A stretch of 64,000 nucleotides of DNA, from positions 85,808,001 to 85,872,000 of the forward strand of contig NC_135891.1 in assembly GCF_964194155.1 (NCBI RefSeq), given 5' to 3'. Position 1 is the stretch's first letter. The number at the start of each line of letters is the position of its first letter. A program made the translations under genes and the position numbers. Below, piece by piece: positions 52,856-64,000 of this stretch. Source of the DNA: Cetorhinus maximus. Its lineage: Eukaryota. The notes under the pieces are model-generated. The model ran no database searches, was not told where the DNA came from, and saw nothing but the letters and a program-made list of their open reading frames with translations.

Positions 52856-55800
52856 TCAGATTATAGGGTATGAAGCACAATAGGTAATTCCACACATGTC
52901 CTTGCCCATCACTAAGCGCATGTAGCCACTCTCACCCCAGGATGTTCCCCAGCTAGAAAAGGAAGACGATTTGTTAATATCTAAAACCAACCTCATTACA
53001 TACAAAATGAATAGAGTAAGGATCCTTGCAAGCTGCTTCTGTAATATTTGCCACTTTTTCATTTGCCTTGAATGCATTTCGTTTCAGATTATGTTATCAA
53101 CAGGAAATCAGGTTCACTTTACATAGAGTTTGCTTCTGAAGTTATACAATCCATCTAGAAAAACTAATAGGATAATTAGGTGAAATACGAAATGGAAGAG
53201 CCAACATATTTGTGTAATCTTACAGAACAGATTAGTTTTGAGACAATGAGGGATTATTGAGTGCAGCCATAATGGAAGGATAGTTGTCATTCAAATTGCA
53301 TAGCAGAGGACATAGCTAAACCAACAATACAGTGAGCTTTCACATCCTGGGAAGTGGGCTGGGGTGTACACTCAAGGTGGAAACAGTGATTAGCAGCTGG
53401 TCAGCACATTGCTCAGTACATAGGGTCAAGGGAAGAATCAAAGTTCAGTTTTTGCCTCTCATCTTTTCCTGGCTAAATCAATTTGAGAGAGCCAGAGACA
53501 GAGATTTCACTTACTACTCAACAAAAGTGAGGCTGAGAGGCTCTCGGTGAATAAATAAACACATACAGTCTGTGAGAGTACTCTAATGGTAAGTGCCTAT
53601 TAGTTGAGAGACTGCTATGTAGGCAGAGAGCTTACACGGCAATGGGGCAAGGTTAATTATTCTCATTATATTTATCGCACAAGGTGCAATGCGAAATGAA
53701 TGAATCACGTTGTAAAGATTGTATTGTGTTCCTTCATATCTTTTATTGCATTGGTTCGTAATTGGCCTCACCTTCATGATCCTGTTAGGAGGGCCAAACT
53801 CAAGCCTCTGTTCCTTAATCCTTCCATATCATCAGATAATTGATTTCCAGGCCTTCTTGGCCAGCATCCCTCTATATAATCTCTAAGATCTAAAAGATTT
53901 CCATTATGCCTGATGTTCTTAATTTGTAGATATTACTTACCTGTTTTTAATGATCCAATAGCCTTTTGGATGTTCATCCACATACCCGATCACGAGCACT
54001 GAATGATCAATATTCTGATTGTTGCAGTCAACATCGTCAAAGATACCTGTAAAATGGAGGATAGTACTATACATGAAAGTAACTCCAAACTCATCTCTAA
54101 AATAACATTATAAAAGATTGGGAAGGTCAGACAACAAGATTTTGTATTCGTATGCCATCTTTCACCAAGCAACTTGTCCCAAGGTCACCCAAATGGGAAG
54201 CGGTAAAGGAAGGTGACTGGCCTGGTGAAAGAGGGAATTTCAAATGAGAGAAGTAGCAAAGTGAAGATGTTTAGAATATCCCTGAAGATGGAGTGTTACC
54301 CCATTGGTCCTCTTGCATGGATGTCTTGTACAGGGAGATTGTGAGGTAGAATCTGAACCATGGTGAATGAATAAAAGTTTAGAATTTTCTTTACCTGATG
54401 TGTAATATCTGAAGGAATGATGTGATGAACGAATAAGTACTGAAATTGGTCCAACATTTGCCACTAATGTAGCTAATTTTTTCTCAGTATAGTTCTTAAT
54501 CCTTCTGAATCCTTTAACATTGGTGACACTCTTAGAGCTACTAAATAAGCACTTATTGTTCCTCTGTGATTAAAAATATAAGAGTCTGTTTAGCAAATTG
54601 GCTGATAATAATTTCCTTAAACTTCAACATTGTATCACAGGCAAAACCCCACTCAAATACCACAGCCCAGCCTTGTCCTCCTCCCCTATCTCTTATTCCT
54701 TCAACACATCAATTTCAAGTACCTCACCCCCATCAAAGCCTTACTCATTCCAAACTCTCCACAGCCCCTCAGCCAAAAATTCCTAAACAAATCATCCATC
54801 ACTTGGATCCTGTGCATTCCCCTGTCCCTTTCACTCACCGATCAGTATCAGGCCCATCTGGACCCAGCCCTTCCACTCTGAATCTCTCCCTTTCTCTCTC
54901 TCTCTCTCTCTCTCTCAAAGCCCCTTTGCTTTTCTGCATCTTCACAGGCGGGGTGAGGTTTCATGCAGGGTTTTAAAAATTTTAACAATGTTCTGTTGGA
55001 AGTGATGAACATATCCCAACTCATGTGACACTGTCACGTGAGGGGTGTAAGGGAAATTTTATTTTTCTATTTTGAGCTTTTTTACATGTAGAGCCGATCT
55101 CCCTGAGGCTGTACTTAGCCTCAGGGACATGAGTGCGCCCTTTCGTGCACATGCGCGAAAGAGTGCACTTTCGTTTTTGGGCATTACCCCCCGCCCGCAC
55201 AGGGAGCGCATAGCACTTCCCTGTGGACGTCACGCTGGGCGGGCCTTAACTGGCCTACCCACGCAAAATGGCGCCACGCCTCCCATCGGGGGCACCGATC
55301 AGAAGCACGCCCACACGCGCCCGCACGCGCCCGCCCACCAACTTCTCCCCCAATGGGGGGGAAATTCATCCCAAATTGTGATACCTGCCATATCTTAGAG
55401 GCCACTCATATTCAAGGATTCATATTTGATGAATGCCTTTTTTTCACAAGTTTAACTCTTCCTAGTTAATGCTTCACAGCCATTTGATTCATCAAGGAGT
55501 GAGCATCATTGAAGGGTCTTATCATTCAGAAATGTTTATTGGGGAGATACAAGTTCTGTTAGGAAGGACAATGGGCTAATTACTCCACCAATTCACTTTA
55601 AGACTGAAGGGCACCCTTGCTGCTGATATTCAAAATGTCACATGCTTGCCACTTTGCATGAGGATACTCGGATCTAGGCAACTTCTGTAAACACATTTTG
55701 TAATAGCTAAATGAAGCTGTACCTTAAACCAAAATATCTTTCGGAACAGCTTTTATGACAGCCCTGTTTAACTGTGGGAAATGAAGGCAGTCAGTGTACA

Positions 55801-58800
55801 GTGTGCAGCAAGTGTACCTTTGCTTGGTAAGGGTATGACTGATCAGATTGAATGCCATGGTCTCGCACGTATTCCAAGGCGCGGTATGGCAAGTTTCCAT
55901 TACACCCATAATTCTTATATCCATCAGAACAGTCAATGATGTTTTGTACACTCAGGTCCATGAGTTGGTTCCTTTTCCTTGCCAACTGACCTTCCACAGC
56001 TCCGACTGCAGTAAACGCATAGCAGGATAAACAGTAGCCCTGAAGGGAAAACAGATAAGTTGGCAAATGCTAAAGTTTTAAAACCTTTTCTTCATGATCT
56101 TCACCATTTCGATTGAAAACTAATTAAGAGTTCAGATGGTTGACTATATCTTTGCCTTGCTTGCTGATATACACTCCAAGAGGAGAGAATGGACATGAAA
56201 TCTGTTCTGCAAAATATTCAGCTCCAGACTATTGCCCTTACCTGAATGTCCATTCACTTTGGGGTGTCCAAACCTCAACTCATGGTCCATATCCTGCCCA
56301 AGTGGCAGAACACAACAGTCCAGCCCCTCTCACCATAATTTGAGGACAGCAGCATAGCTTGAGAATCAAGAACCAGGTGAATTGCAATGTGCAAGTGAGG
56401 AGGAGAAAGCACAAGTGGCCAAGGAGTATAGATGATTACAAGGCTTTCATCTATGCCACCTCTGTACTTTCTTAAGCCCAATAATGTGGTGAAATCGGGC
56501 AAGTCATATCATGCTTAAGGGACTCCACGGCTTCAATTTTTAACTGCCCAATTAAGTGGCAATTAAGGCCTCAATCCAGCTCCATTACCATAATACCCTG
56601 AGCATTGGAAGGCAGGCAAGAGTGAGGAGGTTGTTTTTTAACCAATGTTGTTAAAAGGAGGGTTAGGAAGGGTGGGGGTCCATCTTCAAGGGGTTCCCTG
56701 TATGCGTCAGATGAACATCACCCCCCCCCAACCAAGATGGTACGCCACCTTTTCCCCCCCTTTGCCTCCAAAACCTGCCCCTCAACCCCCTCACGCTCCC
56801 TCCCTAGGGCATCCAATCCCTCCCTGACGAACAAACCCCAGAATCATCTATTCCAGTGTCCATGACACTTCCAGTCCCAGCAGCACCCACTTCTCTCGCT
56901 TGGCACTGCTGGGACTGCAAGAGCTGCCAGCCGATCTAATTGGCTCTTCAGGTTGGGACTTCTTCCACTGAGGGACGGACATTCCATTCTCTGCTTGTTA
57001 CGGCCACCCACAGCCTATTATCGCAGCAGGGCGGCCTTATTTAACGCATGTTGGTTTCCAGTCAATTTCTCTTCCAGGATGCAAGCAATACCCTCCCCCC
57101 ACCCCACCCCTGATAAAATTCAACGCACAGAATCTTGTGGTTGCACACACTTCACATAAGAACACATTGGCTCATTATCATTGTTTTTTTGAACCATGTA
57201 ATTTCATAACTTCAAAGTATTAAAAGTCCACTTGTAAATCAGCTGTGATTATTTCATTTTCTCATACAGGCCTTTGAAAATCTGCCAAGCATGCGAAGTG
57301 TTAGAGCAGAACATTAACACTGGGAAATTCTGAAGACCCTTAATGTGTATGTATCTTTATTAACATCCAGGGGAAGAATTTCTCGGCGTCACCACACGTC
57401 ATTCTGATGCTCTATTTAAAAACTAATTAAAGTAATTAACTGAGCTGCCTGTCCAACCTTAAGATTGGCGGGCAGGTGAAGAGCCCAGGCAGCCTTCGCA
57501 TTTATCACAAAACCGCATCCACGGGTGGGATGAAGATTCATGCAGGGTTTAAAAATTAAAAGAAGATTTTATTAAAGTTCATTGACATGTCCCAGCTCAT
57601 GTGACACTGTCACATGAGGGGACATGTCTTAAAAATTTTTTTTTCATTATTAAAACTTTTCAAAATCAGACTAATTTCCCTGAGGTAGCTCTGTGCCTCG
57701 GGGAGATTTCTGCACACTTTCACGCTCATGCGCAAAAGAACACAGGCCCCAGCTCAGCCTACTCCCCCTGTCCGCACAGGGAGAACTCAGCACATGCTGG
57801 TGTGCGTCACGCTGGGCAGGCCTTAATTGGCCCGCCCACTCATAATGGCAGCACCCAGGCGATCGGCAGCGCATTCGCCCGCACCTGCTCCCACCAAACC
57901 AGACCCACGCCCTGCCCCCCACCCCCCCCCGCCCCACCCCACAATGGGGATAAAATTCTACTCATGAAAAAATGTTTCTCTGTTACCTATCTGAATCAGA
58001 CACTTAGACCCCAATTGCTTGATGCAGTTCTTAATATCGCTACCTACTGGCTCTTAGAGGAACAGCACCCATGAATTGTTCCCCCTGCTATTTGCCACAG
58101 TTCCAATTTCTCGAAACACAAGGTGGTTGAAAATGTTAAAAGCTTGAAAATAATAATCCCTGGAGTCAAAATATTAAACAAGAATACAGCCCCAACAAAC
58201 TCAAACATAGCAACTGACATGCATTGAACAGAAATGGTGTGAAGTAGTAGGTACTTAGTTCTTTACTTTACTAACATAGCCCATTTGACGCCAGTCCACC
58301 TCTTTGGGAAAATGAGCAACGTTCTCCATTTCTTCCAGTTCCGTCAAAATCTGACAACACATCATCGGTATAATTTGCCATTTCGGAAATCCTTGCATCA
58401 GTGAACAAATGATCAAACTCCATTGGCGTCTGGAAGAAATAGTTTCACAATGCTTACTATGAGACTTGTTGTGTTGTTATAATGATATTAAAGCGCCAAT
58501 CACTCATAAGGTATTTGGTAAACAAGCTGTGGCTTCCTTTATTTAGACAAGGCACATGGGGACATTTATACAGAGGTAGAAAGCTTGAAGACACCAGCAG
58601 CAGAGCTGGCTGCTGTGTGTTCTGTTGAAAAGCAAAAGTGAATTTGATTGCAGCATGACAACGCTAGAGGGAGGTGGGTCATGCTTGAATCCCTTAGGGG
58701 CATATTACAACAAGACTATTTCTATAAAAAATGCAAAGCCAAAATTTATTTTTTTGCACAGTTGTAGCTCCACATTGTCCCTTTATGTTTATCAAATTCG

Positions 58801-61800
58801 ACATGATTGATGATAACAGAGATGGAACTTTCTAGCCTAGATGCATATAAAGTGGAAGCTCTGTGGAGTCAATGGGGCACTATGGCAGAAAGCTCTTGAC
58901 TATCAAGATTCTGGGAGATTTGAAGGAAGAATCATTTTGATTTTAAATAAGGTTTGTGACAGCGGGCCGCACAGAAAACTAGCCCACAAGTCAAGGAAAC
59001 ATCAAATATGAGCCAAGCGTTTGACGTGGGTTAGTAATTGGCTAAAGTGAAAAGTGGTTGTAAATGGAGCTGTTTTGATGTGTATAATTCTGGGTGCAGT
59101 CTTGCAGCAAGAATAACAAAGCATTGCAAACAATGCAGAAAAGGTAAAACAAGCTGACAGGTAGGTTCAGACATTGAAGTGAGAAGAAGTGGTTAAAGAA
59201 GTGGCCCTGGATTCTTTATTCTGGAGGAGAGAAGCCTCAGGGTGATATTATTCAAGTATTAAAAATACAAAAGAAAAAGATAAATTCAATCCAAAAAAAA
59301 AAAATTTGGGATTGTCACAGATCGGAGAACCAAGAGACTGGGCTCAAAATAGGAGAAAAGATGGAGAGACAGTTTAGATTTAACTATTTTACATGGTGTT
59401 GGGTGGTGGGGGTTGTGGGGGCGGTGGTGGGGTGGGGTGTGACAGAAATGTATGCAGTAGATTGCCCACCAAGTCAGTGGAGGCAAATAATGCAGAAAAG
59501 TTTAAGAGAGATTTAGGTAGATGATTGAGGGAGTGGATGATTGAGAGAAATTAGGTTTTCAAAATAGCCAGATTGTCTACAAAGACTTTTCGGATTTTGT
59601 CCAGACTTCCAAGTTCCTTCTTTAATATTTGTTCTCAGGATGGGGCCTTTTGCCGCAAGGCCACATTCATTACCCAGGTCAGCCCCCTTATTGAACCATT
59701 GCATTGTAGTGATGTTGAGCGATTGATTGTTCATGGAAATGTTTTGTTCACATGAAGTTAGTTATATAGATGATGATGACAACTAGACCAATGGACATAG
59801 AAATAATTCCAGCTGATATATTCTTTTCCAGCAAGGCAGGTTGGCTGAACTGGGATAAAGTTACTCTCCATCATGCCCAGTATCAAACTAGCAAATCTGA
59901 CATTATTTGCATGACTCACCAAGTCTCCAAAGCGATTCATGGCCATTTCATACATACTAAGTATTGTGAGCTTCAATCTTCTCCAGGTTGTCCAGCCAAA
60001 TTTCCCTCCTGGCCTGATCTTCCTCCTATGCAAAGAGATTGGGTCATTATAGTATAATACCAATAGAATCCAATGCCCAATGTTATTGCTTGCCTTCAAG
60101 TAGAAAGAAGATACTGAAGTTGGAGACAGCAGGTTCCTTCCATGGGTGAAGGCAATTGAATGCTCAAGTAGTTGGCGGCACCACTTGATGTTAGCTACAG
60201 TGGTAGAACAAGGTAGAGTGACAGAAGTGCATGCATTGTCAAGACCGTCAACATTAAATTTGGAGGCAAGAAGACCCAAAGAAACAATCTCTAGGTCAGA
60301 GCCAGCATCAGAACTGTCAGGAGCAAAGAAAGGAATGGAGAAACCAAAGAAGTTTCAAGAGATCGTTTGGAAATAATTAGGTAAAACACATGGGGTAAAA
60401 GACAATATTCATGGCTCATTTCAATAAGGTATGAATAACCTTGGGATTTAAACTGTGAGCAAAGAGGCCAGGGGAAAAATACAACTTCTCAAATCTGAAG
60501 CAAAGCTTTACATGACACCAAATTTCTTTCTCACAAAATACATGACATATGGAATAGACACTTGGCTAAACCAAGTCATGATGCCGGGCAAGATTTGGAT
60601 GAAGAGGCACCATAAATGTACCCCTAGTGGTGTGGGAACCTACCATTCACATAACAATTAATGGAGCTCCCTCCAATCCTGACAATTTCAGCAGTATAAG
60701 TGAGGGAGCTCCCAGAATCCCCATTCCTGCCCTTTCCCAGGCTCACGTTTGCAGATATACAGACCCATTTTCCTCAAGCTGCAGGGTCCAGTCCAAATTT
60801 AGGTTCTTGAGAACTGTGAAAGCATCCTAGTTTGTCATGTCATGATTGGCTGCTTCCAACAACAACAACTTGTATTCATAAACAGAAGAGTTAAAGCAAA
60901 ATTTGACAGTGAGAAACATTAGGTGATATTAAGGCCGATGCTCAAAAGCTGGGTCAAAAAGGTAGGTTTCAATGAGCATCTTAAAGGTGAAAAGAGAGGT
61001 AGAGAAACAGAGAGCTTTAGGCAGGGAATTTGAGAGCTTGGGACCTAGGCATGGCCATCAAAGGTGGATCAGTTAAAATTGGAGATGTGCAACAATCCAG
61101 AATTTGATGCAGCAGATATCTTGGAGGGTTTTGGGGCTGGAGGTGATTACAGAGATAGGGAGGGACCAGGCTATGGAGGGATTTGAAATCAAAGGTGAGA
61201 ATTTTAAAATTGAGACATTGCTTAACCAGGAACCAAAGTAGATCAGCGAGCACAGGGGTTATGGGTGAACGGAACTTGGTGCAAGTTAGGATACAGGCAG
61301 TAGCAATTTGTATAACCTCCGGTTTACAGAGGATATAACGTGGCCGGCCAGGAGTGTATTTGAATAGTGAAGTCTTGACGTAACAAAGGTACGAATGAGG
61401 GTTTCAGCAGCAGATGAAGTGAGAGAGTGGCAGAGTCAGTCGATGTAAAGGAGGTGGAAATAGGCTGTCTTAGTAATGGCAGAGATATGTGGCCAGAAGA
61501 TTAGTTAAGGGTTAAATATTTCAACAAGTATACAAACAGTCTGGTTCCGCCTCAGACAGCTGCTAGTGGGGTGGGTGGGGATGAGTTGGTAGCTAGAGAA
61601 CAGAGCTTTTAGCTGTGGAACTGAAGATGATGGCTTTGGTCTTTGCAATATTTGATTGAGGGGAATTGAGATAAAATCCATTATTTATGTTTCACAAATT
61701 TGACACAAAGAAATGGTCAATAACTGGCATTGTATTGATTGGTGTTTAATATCTAAATCACCATGGAAGGACATTGTGTTTTTCGATTATGGCTCTTACT

Positions 61801-62038
61801 GAACAACATTAACAGGTGCGGGGTGGGGGGTGGCTTCCACAGATCCAGCTGACCTCCTCAAAACAATGTAGTAGTCCCTCAGTGCTCTATTAGAGAATTA
61901 GCTTAGGTTTCTTACCAGATTAGGGTAGCTCTTCCCATATACCTGCTTCTAGTTTTCCCATTCCTCGTCAATGATTGGGTTTGTCGAGGCCATGGAGATA
62001 ACAGTCAGGATGTACGTTACAATGAGGAAAAATACCAT
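52856..62038 (-). pseudogene. Cathepsin L-like unprocessed pseudogene (copy 3)
   Basis: Exons 62038-61916, 60025-59920, 58429-58255, 56039-55818, 54563-54395, 54046-53941, 52952-52856. Lesions: Trp>TAG (61949-61951); TAG (59957-59959) and 17-nt deletion in exon 3; 29-nt frameshift deletion in exon 4; oxyanion Gln>TAA (58255-58257). Exons 5-8 remain open. Confidence 0.92.
54883..54916. repeat. (CT)n microsatellite (paralogues ~14346-14379 and ~35189-35213)
   Basis: Seen directly; length differs between units. Confidence 0.8.
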
Positions 62039-63599
62039 GGTGAAATATTGAACATGTCAAACCTGTAACAAGGTTGGTTTTCGTTGTGAGAAGCTATGGG
62101 CAATAAAATCAGAAGAACGGGGAGAGGCAATGCAAGAGCATAATCTCACAATCCTACCCTTGTTATTTCGATGTCCTGTAAATAAACCAATATTCTTTGT
62201 ATGATCTCATCATTTTTTGGTGGAATAATAACAGAGTGGGACAAAGGTGTAGGATTTAGTCTTCAATTGTTTCAAACAAAAACTTTAGAAAGAATATGTA
62301 TCACCAATTCATTCAGATGAGGGGAGAATCAGTTTGTGAAATTTACAATGCCTCTGCTCATTATGCACATGAAAATGGTCAATTCCCGCGTACCCAACAA
62401 TTTTTACTAACCTTGAAAACACAGTTGCAGAGAATGTAAAGTTCACTGACTGGTGTGGGACCTGAAGATAAATTTGGGGAGAGACCGAGCTGCCTTTAGC
62501 CTCAGATTTGACTTACTCAATGTTCCCAGTCAGTAATACATTGATGTCAGGAATCTGTGATTCCCACTGAATTTGTCCGGATAATGCCTCACCATTTAGA
62601 AAATACTGTTGATTGTGTGACATTCCACCATCTGCTTTTATATGAAATTGCTCATCTATTTACAGTATATTAATTTCTCTGCTCAAACACTTTTCAATCT
62701 AATTCCTCTTCCTACATAATATTTAATTACAATATTGTGGTCCAGACAATTCAACCAATGAAACTGATATTCTTTGCTGTGTTACACTGTTACATCATGC
62801 AGCGTTCTTTCAGTGTATTACTTATACATTAGCATCAGGCCATTCAATCACAGTGCATAGAATAGAGACTATATTTTACTCACCTCACAAGGACACCTCT
62901 GTTTTTTAAATGACACAAACCATTTGGGACCAGATTGTGTTGTACTGGGGTTTGAATTGGGGTTGATATACCCTTAGGAAATGCAAAATAAACTAATTGC
63001 CTCCTAAATTCCACCAATTAGTTCACAGGGCCTGAAGCATTATCTTGGTTCATTTTTTATCTTAAATAATCTGCCACCTGTATGTTCCAACCATCAGTCA
63101 CACAAATTACACATAAATGCCCCACATGTTCTTAATAACATAGTCTTAAAAGATAAAGAGTTGATGTAAATCTTATTTTCATGATGCAAGTTGCTAATTT
63201 CTTGGTGGAAAATCCAATTTGCTTTTGAAGATTCTTGGCAATGTGTTTTGTCATGGAGCTTTCATGCCCCAGGATTGTGTCTCTGGCAATTATCCAATTT
63301 TCACTGCCTTCAGCAGGTGAGATTTTTCAGCTAACAGGTATGTACAGATTCTACAATCACCAGTAGCCCATAATGTGATGACAGGCACTAGCAGTATCTC
63401 CACACCAGGGCCGCAACATCAGCTCTTTGTGTGTGTACCAGCAGCAGAGTTAACAAAATCAGTTTGTTTCTTTTTTTACAACATGTTTCTCATTTCACTG
63501 AAAAAAATCTTCACCAGTCCCATTTGTATTGTCATGAGAATCAGGACAATTCTCAGCTCAGAGTTGTGTATATTTCAGGGACTCTCTAAGGCCTGGAAT

Positions 63600-63960
63600 T
63601 TTTTGTGTATTTGCATCTGGAGACATCAGCAATCAGGGAAAAGTGGAATGTAGCACTGCTGGACGTGTTGTCTACCGAAAGAAGTGTTAAACTGAGGCCC
63701 CATCTGTCCTGGCAAGTGAATCTAAAAGATCCCATGGTTCTATTTTGTAAACAAGCAGAGAATTTTCTATGACGCCCTGGCCAATATTTGTTCTTCAACC
63801 AATACCTAAAACAGGTGATCTGGTCACTATCACCTTGTCCTTGTAGCATTTGTTGTGGTGTTAGCCTGTTGCCATATGTCTTACATTACAAGAGAAATTG
63901 CGCTGCAAAATATTGCTTAATTAACTGTAATGCGCTTTATGACATATTGTGGTTGTATTA
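63600..63960 (+). mobile_element. Degenerate DeuSINE (SacSINE1/AmnSINE1-like) in the unique flank
   Basis: gttaaactgaggccccatctg...taaaagatcccatgg...ctggccaatattt...caaccaa...atctggtca...tacattacaa...ctgtaatgcgcttt matches my recollection of the Deu-domain and tail. Confidence 0.7.
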
Positions 63961-64000
63961 AGATGTTCAGGACTGAAAGGGTTAATGTGTGTCTAGGGAA

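Larger units (their letters stand above)
44070..63543. repeat. Tandem segmental duplication unit 3 (19,474 bp; cathepsin pseudogene copy 3; terminal unit)
   Basis: Colinear with units 1 and 2, with a ~1.4-kb deletion in the Tx1 fragment at ~46810. Sequence after 63543 matches no other unit. Confidence 0.95.

Noticed and set aside
1-64000. Prokaryotic systems (CRISPR arrays, operons, IS elements) and rRNA/tRNA genes
   Set aside because: The DNA is intron-containing vertebrate sequence with no repeat-spacer array; the tRNA-like boxes belong to SINE heads.

Overview
Vertebrate genomic DNA. The repeat content (CR1, L2, Tx1, DeuSINE, a Penelope-derived insert) points to a cartilaginous fish. Almost the whole window is a head-to-tail tandem array with units at 2011-22934, 22935-44069 and 44070-63543, plus the tail of another unit at 1-2010; unique sequence starts at 63544. 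Each unit holds one minus-strand papain-family (C1A) cathepsin L/K/S-type gene with 7 coding exons and the same set of TE fragments. I assembled the exons by hand. The middle copy (33260-42563) is an intact 347-aa preproenzyme that keeps the catalytic Gln/Cys/His/Asn but has an unusual active site (QGYCLSCYAF). The two flanking copies are pseudogenes that share lesions (17-nt exon-3 deletion, stop at the oxyanion Gln codon, mutated TATA box). Diagnostic variants alternate between copies, indicating a ~42-kb higher-order repeat of one intact-type gene plus one pseudogene. Exon numbering follows human cathepsin L (first coding exon = exon 2).
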